This document shows, in pieces, positions 60,201 through 64,000 of a DNA stretch of 64,000 nucleotides. Below the pieces are notes generated by a model. It searched no databases, had not been told where the DNA came from, and was given only the letters and a program-made list of their open reading frames with translations. The stretch covers positions 434,001 to 498,000 of the forward strand of contig NW_027139247.1 of assembly GCF_035084215.1 (NCBI RefSeq). The letters are read 5' to 3'. The stretch is from Heptranchias perlo (taxonomy: Eukaryota). The position numbers were made by a program, and so were the translations under genes. The first letter of the stretch is position 1; each line of letters opens with the position of its first letter.

Positions 60201-60880
60201 CAGTACTGAGGGAGTGATGCACTCTCGGAGGGGCAGTACTGAGGGAGTGCTGCATTGTCGGAGGGACAGTACTGTGGGAGTGCTGCACTGTCGGAGATGC
60301 CGTCCTTCAGATGAGACGTTAAATCGAGGCCCCGTCTTCCTGTTCAAATGAACATAAAAAGAACCAATTGCTCCCATTTCTCCCTCAATCCACACCAATA
60401 AAAACAGATGAACAAATCAATCATCTCATTGCCATTTGCTGTGCTGAAAATGTCTGCCATGTTACTCCCAGATAGTGCCAATGACCAGGTCATCCCAAGT
60501 CATTTAATGGGTGTAAAGTGGTTCGGGACATTTCTCCGAGACAGGATAAGGCTCTATATGGATACAAATCCTTTCCTCCTGTCAGTCGATAGCTGCACCG
60601 GCTCTGTGAGGATACTCACTCGAGGCACCGTGTTGCTGTCGGTAAAATATCTCGGCGTTTCCTCTGACCAGACCATGGAACCCCGCCATTGTGATGGCGA
60701 TGGCGTCCCAGTGATGGTTGTCGAAGGAGTCGGCCATCCACTGCTGTCTGGGCACAGTCCGCTGCAGGGTGCTGTCGAAATACACTATCTCATAGTCATC
60801 GAGCATCGCGACCAAGCTGTACTCGGGCATCTCGGCCCCGCCACGGCTCAGTATGTAGTAAAATGCGAGGATGTGGAAAT
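48058..60880 (-). CDS. Non-classical MHC class I-like heavy chain (alpha1-alpha2-alpha3-TM/cyt); leader exon not found
   Basis: join(complement 60620-60880, 54843-55118, 52049-52321, 48058-48248); exons of 261/276/273/191 bp, all phase 1, GT-AG, no internal stop. Confidence 0.93.
48715..50185. repeat. 49-bp G-rich minisatellite (~30 copies) amplified from a CR1 3' end
   Basis: gatacagggctatggggagagagtggggcagtgggattagtttgggatt, continuous with the CR1 fragment 48590-48720. Confidence 0.95.
50375..50915 (-). mobile_element. SINE with internal 33-bp tandem expansion (50695-50915)
   Basis: L2-like tail at 50385; units cagtgcagcactccctcagtactgaccctccga are reverse-complementary to the 58285-60298 array. 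Confidence 0.8.
50920..52030. repeat. 20-bp minisatellite (~50 copies) abutting the alpha3 donor
   Basis: aatgacccagaggcacaggg variants. Confidence 0.95.
52049..52321 (-). CDS. MHC-I-like alpha3 (Ig C1) exon
   Basis: VAPEVFI...VSCLVSGFYPWAIEVTW...VLPNQDMTY...YSCHIEHASL...VPW|gtgagt. Confidence 0.96.
52533..54192. mobile_element. Non-autonomous Harbinger element (copy B), inserted in a CR1 fragment (52450-54490)
   Basis: Perfect 3-bp TSD gat (52530-52532 / 54193-54195); [24 protein letters not shown]; colinear with copy A. Confidence 0.87.
54843..55118 (-). CDS. MHC-I-like alpha2 exon
   Basis: SVFFVQGMCGCEL...FGYDGED..VFD...WIA...RW...LEKDCVKWLLIYL..GREALQRK. Confidence 0.96.
55175..55370 (-). 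mobile_element. L2 3' end
   Basis: (caa)n cttgcatttatatagcgcc; reverse complement of 38050-38260. Confidence 0.8.
55375..55685 (+). mobile_element. CR1 3' fragment
   Basis: agagccaggccatttaggagtgaaatcaggaagcac...gcaggctcgaggggctgaatggcc. Confidence 0.75.
55785..57070 (+). mobile_element. CR1 ORF2 fragment with the RT core deleted
   Basis: [10 protein letters not shown]...VLNEYFASVFTKE...EEVLE|GTILKG...LVRPQLEY..QFWAP. Confidence 0.9.
57530..58225 (-). repeat. 17-bp minisatellite within a SINE head
   Basis: (cctcagtgctgcccctc)n, then gattttgtgctccagtctctggagtgggtcttgaacccacaacc. Confidence 0.93.
58285..60298 (+). repeat. 33-bp minisatellite (~60 copies) expanded inside a SINE (58220-60580)
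   Basis: cagtactgagggagtgatgcattgtcggagggg; the SINE body resumes with gccgtccttcagatgagacgttaaatcgaggcccc. Confidence 0.96.
60620..60880 (-). CDS. MHC-I-like alpha1 exon
   Basis: ctgcag|DFHILAFYYILS...PEYSLVAMLDDYEIVYFDS...VPRQQWM...HWD...|gtgagt. Confidence 0.94.
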
Positions 60881-60964
60881 CTGCAGGATCACAGACAGAA
60901 ACCAGTCTCAAAAATGACGTTAATCATAAGTAACTCAAAGTGGAAACGGCTAATGCTGAGCCTG

Positions 60965-61785
60965 GTTAGACCATAAGACCATAAGAGATAGCAGCAGGAA
61001 TAGGCCATTCAGCCCCTCGAGCCTGCTCCGCCATTCAATGAGATCATGGCTGATCTGATTTTTACCTCAACTCCACTTTCCCGCCTTTTCCCCATATCGT
61101 TTGACTCCCTTGCTGATCAAAAATTTGTCAAACTCAGCCTTGAATGTGTTCAATGACTCCACAGCTTTTTGGGATAAAGAATTCCAAAGATTCACAACCC
61201 TCTGAGAGAAGAAATTCCTCCTCATTTCCGTCTTAAACGGGCGACCCCTTTTTCTGAGACTATGCCCCCTAGTTTTAGATTCCCCCATGAGGGGTAACGT
61301 CCTCTCAGCATCTACCCTATCGAGTCCCCTCAGAATCTTGTATTTTTCATAAGATCTCCTCTCATTCTTCAAAACTCCAATGAGTATAGACCCAACCTGT
61401 TCAATCTTTCCTCATAAGACAACCCTTCCATACCCGGAATCAACCTCGTGAACCTTCTCTGAACTGCCTCCAATGCAAGTATGTCCTTCCTTAAATAAGG
61501 TCACCAGAACTATATGCAGTGCTCCAGGTGTGGTCTCACCAGCACCCTGTACAGTTGTAGCATGACTTCCCTGCTTTTATACTCCATCCCCCTGGAAATA
61601 AAGGCCAATACTCCGTTTGCCTTCCGGATTACCTGCTGCACCTGTATGTTGACTTTTTGTGTTTCATGTAGGAGGACACCCAGATCCCTCTGTACCGCAG
61701 CATTTTGTAGTATTTCTCCATTCAAATAATATTTTGCTTTTTTATTTTTCCTTCCAAAGTGGATGACTTCACATTTTCCCATATT
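60965..61785 (-). mobile_element. CR1 3' fragment
   Basis: KCEVIHFGRKN...LYRVLVRPHLEHC; RRNFFSQRVVNLWNSL. Confidence 0.9.
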
Positions 61786-62540
61786 AGGCCACAGTGAGGA
61801 CGTTGCGTCCGATTTTGGATACCATGTGTTGAAGAGGATGTCAAGCTCACGGAGAAGGTCGGGAAGAGATTTGCTCGGGCGATCCCAGGGAATCTGGTGG
61901 ACAGCTACAAAAATGGAATGGCTAATGGAACATTGGCCTTTATCTCGGGGGCTGGAATACAAAGGGGAGGAAGTTATGTTCCAGCTGTTCAGAGCTCTGG
62001 TCAGACCACATCTGGAGATACTGTGTTCAGTTCTGGGAACCGCACCTCAGGAGGGATAGATTGGCCTTGGAGATTTAGCAGAATGATACTGGGGCTTAGA
62101 GGGTTAAATTATGAGGACAGGTTGCATAGACGAGGCTTGTATTCCCTTGAGTGTAGAAGATTAAGGGGTGATCCAATTGAGGTGTTTGAGATGATTAAAG
62201 GATTTGATAGGGGAGATAGAGAGAAACTATTTCCTCTGGTGGGGGGAGTCCAGAACAAGGGGACGTAACCTTAAAATTAGAGCTCGGCCGTTCAGGGGTG
62301 ATGTCAGGAAACTCTTCCACACACAAAGGGGAGTGGAAATCTGGAACTCTCTCCCCCAAAAAGCTGTTGAGGCTGGGGGTCAATTGAAAATTTCAAAACT
62401 GAGGTTGATGGATTTCTGTCAGGTAAGGGTATTAAGGGATACGGAATCAAGGCTGGTAGATGGAGTTAAGATATGCATCAAGCCATGATGTAATTGAATG
62501 GCAGAACAGGCTCGAGGGGCTGAATGGCCTCCTGCTATAC
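61785..62540 (+). mobile_element. CR1 3' fragment
   Basis: LFRALVRPHLE; LYSLECRRLRGDPIEVF. Confidence 0.85.
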
Positions 62541-62604
62541 CTAGGTTCCGATGAGAGGCTTGAGTTATGAGAACAGACTGGGATTCTTTTCACTGGTACA
62601 GAGA

Positions 62605-63270
62605 TAAGAACATAAGAAACAGGAACAGGAGTAGGCCATCCGGCCCCTCGAGCCTGCTCCACCATTCAACAAGATCATGGCTGATCTCCTACCTCAACGC
62701 CATTTTCCTGCACTATCCCCATATCCCTTGATGCCTTTAATATCTGGAAATCTATCGATCTCTGTTTTGAATGTATTCAATGACTGAGCCTCCACAGCCC
62801 TCTGGGGTAGAGAATTCCAAAGATTCACCACCCTCTGAGTGAAGAAATTTCTCCTCATCTCAGTCCTAAATGACCTACCCCTTATTCTGAGACTGTGACC
62901 CCTGGTCCTAGACGCCCCAGCCAAGGGAAACATCCTCCCTGCGTCTGCCCTGTCGAGCCCTGTAAGAATTTTGTATGTTTCAATGAGATCACCTCTCATT
63001 CTTCTAAACTCTAGAGAATACAGGCCTAGTCTACTCAATCCCTCCTCATACGACAATCCCGCCATCCCAGGAATCAGTCTGGTGAACCTTTGTTGCACTT
63101 CCTCTCAGGCAAGTATATCCTTTCTTAGGTAAGGAGACCAAAACTGCACACAATACTCCAGGTGTGGTCTCACCAAGGCCCTGTATAATTGCAGTAAGAC
63201 ATCTTTACTCCTGCACTCAAATCCTCTTGTAATAAAGGCCGACATACCATTTGCCTTCCTAATTGCTAAT
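62605..63270 (-). mobile_element. CR1 3' fragment
   Basis: ORF 62694..63098: QQRFTRLIPGMAGLSYEE...RRNFFTQRVVNLWNSLP. Confidence 0.9.
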
Positions 63271-64000
63271 GGTCAAGGGGATCTGATAGAGGGGTCCAAA
63301 CTATCAGGGGTTTGGTAAAATAAAGAGAATAAACACTTTCCGTTGGTCAGTAAGTCGGAAACTAGAGGGCATAAATTTAAGGTCAAGAGCAAAGGGAGAG
63401 ATTAGGGGGAATTTTGTTAATGGAGAGGGATGTTCGGAGACGGAGGCTGGGATTTCCTGCTTCAATGCTCCAAGCGGACACCACTAGCCCACGTTGGAAA
63501 ATTCCTCAGCCGTGATTCTCCCACCATTCATTTTACTGGCTAGAAGTTCAGAGCTTGGTGAAGTGGCAGCTTCCGTTCGGAGCTCCCAGAAGTTCTGGAG
63601 CAGGAAAGCATTGGTCAGACTGCCCGACCAGAGGGGGGAGCAGGTCCCACAATAGCTGCTCAAAGGAAAGTGGATAAATATTTTTTTTAATTTTTCTTTT
63701 TAAAAGAGTCTGGGCAAAGGTCAGAAGAAAGTGGGTAGCGCTTTCAGAGAGCCAGCATAGCATGATGGGCCAAATGGCCTTCTTCTGTGCTGTACAATGT
63801 TATGTTCCTACGATTCCTACTGTTAACAAGATGGCTCCTGGGCTGGCTGCTCCCTCGGGAGCTCCTTTGCTGGACAATCCAATCCTTGGTCATCCATTGC
63901 CATCCTTTGCCCTTTCTCCCCCAATCTCCTCTCTTCCACTGTTTAAGTTCCCTGGCTCTAATAGTGGGTGCATTTTACCCCTACCCACAAGTTCAAGCTG

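Noticed and set aside
57483-60398. ORFs up to 698 aa (HCRRGSTEGVM and PQCC repeats) resembling Cys/His-rich proteins
   Set aside because: SINE-derived 33-bp and 17-bp tandem repeats inside an intron.
60881-64000. Search for the MHC-like leader exon and promoter
   Set aside because: The region is almost all CR1 fragments; no ATG + hydrophobic segment + phase-1 donor was found on the minus strand.

Overview
Repeat-rich vertebrate genomic DNA, most likely from a cartilaginous fish (inferred from the CR1/L2, SINE, Harbinger and Penelope repeat repertoire). It looks like a piece of an MHC-type immune locus with three host genes, all on the minus strand. (1) A spliced, apparently intact non-classical MHC class I-like heavy-chain gene: alpha1 60620-60880, alpha2 54843-55118, alpha3 52049-52321 and a fused TM/cytoplasmic exon 48058-48248. 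Its leader exon was not found and is probably right of the window. It has lost most invariant peptide-anchoring residues. (2) A six-exon RING/B-box/coiled-coil/PRY-SPRY TRIM gene (16742-42545) with a single nonsense codon at codon 25, an unusual 38-aa acidic linker and an ISRE-like element just upstream. (3) A second, heavily decayed TRIM paralogue (exon relics near 14300-14664 and 9750-9980) with an ISRE at a similar position. TRIM intron 3 holds a nested stack: a near full-length CR1, interrupted by a 6.6-kb two-LTR endogenous retrovirus (tRNA-Arg PBS, gag relic, no recognisable pol, env with an F-protein-like layout), which is itself interrupted by a MITE. Also present are non-autonomous Harbinger elements, Penelope ends with minimal hammerhead ribozymes, a Tx1 3' end and several large TE-derived minisatellites that explain the longest ORFs in the track. 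All calls come from manual reading; no database search was run.
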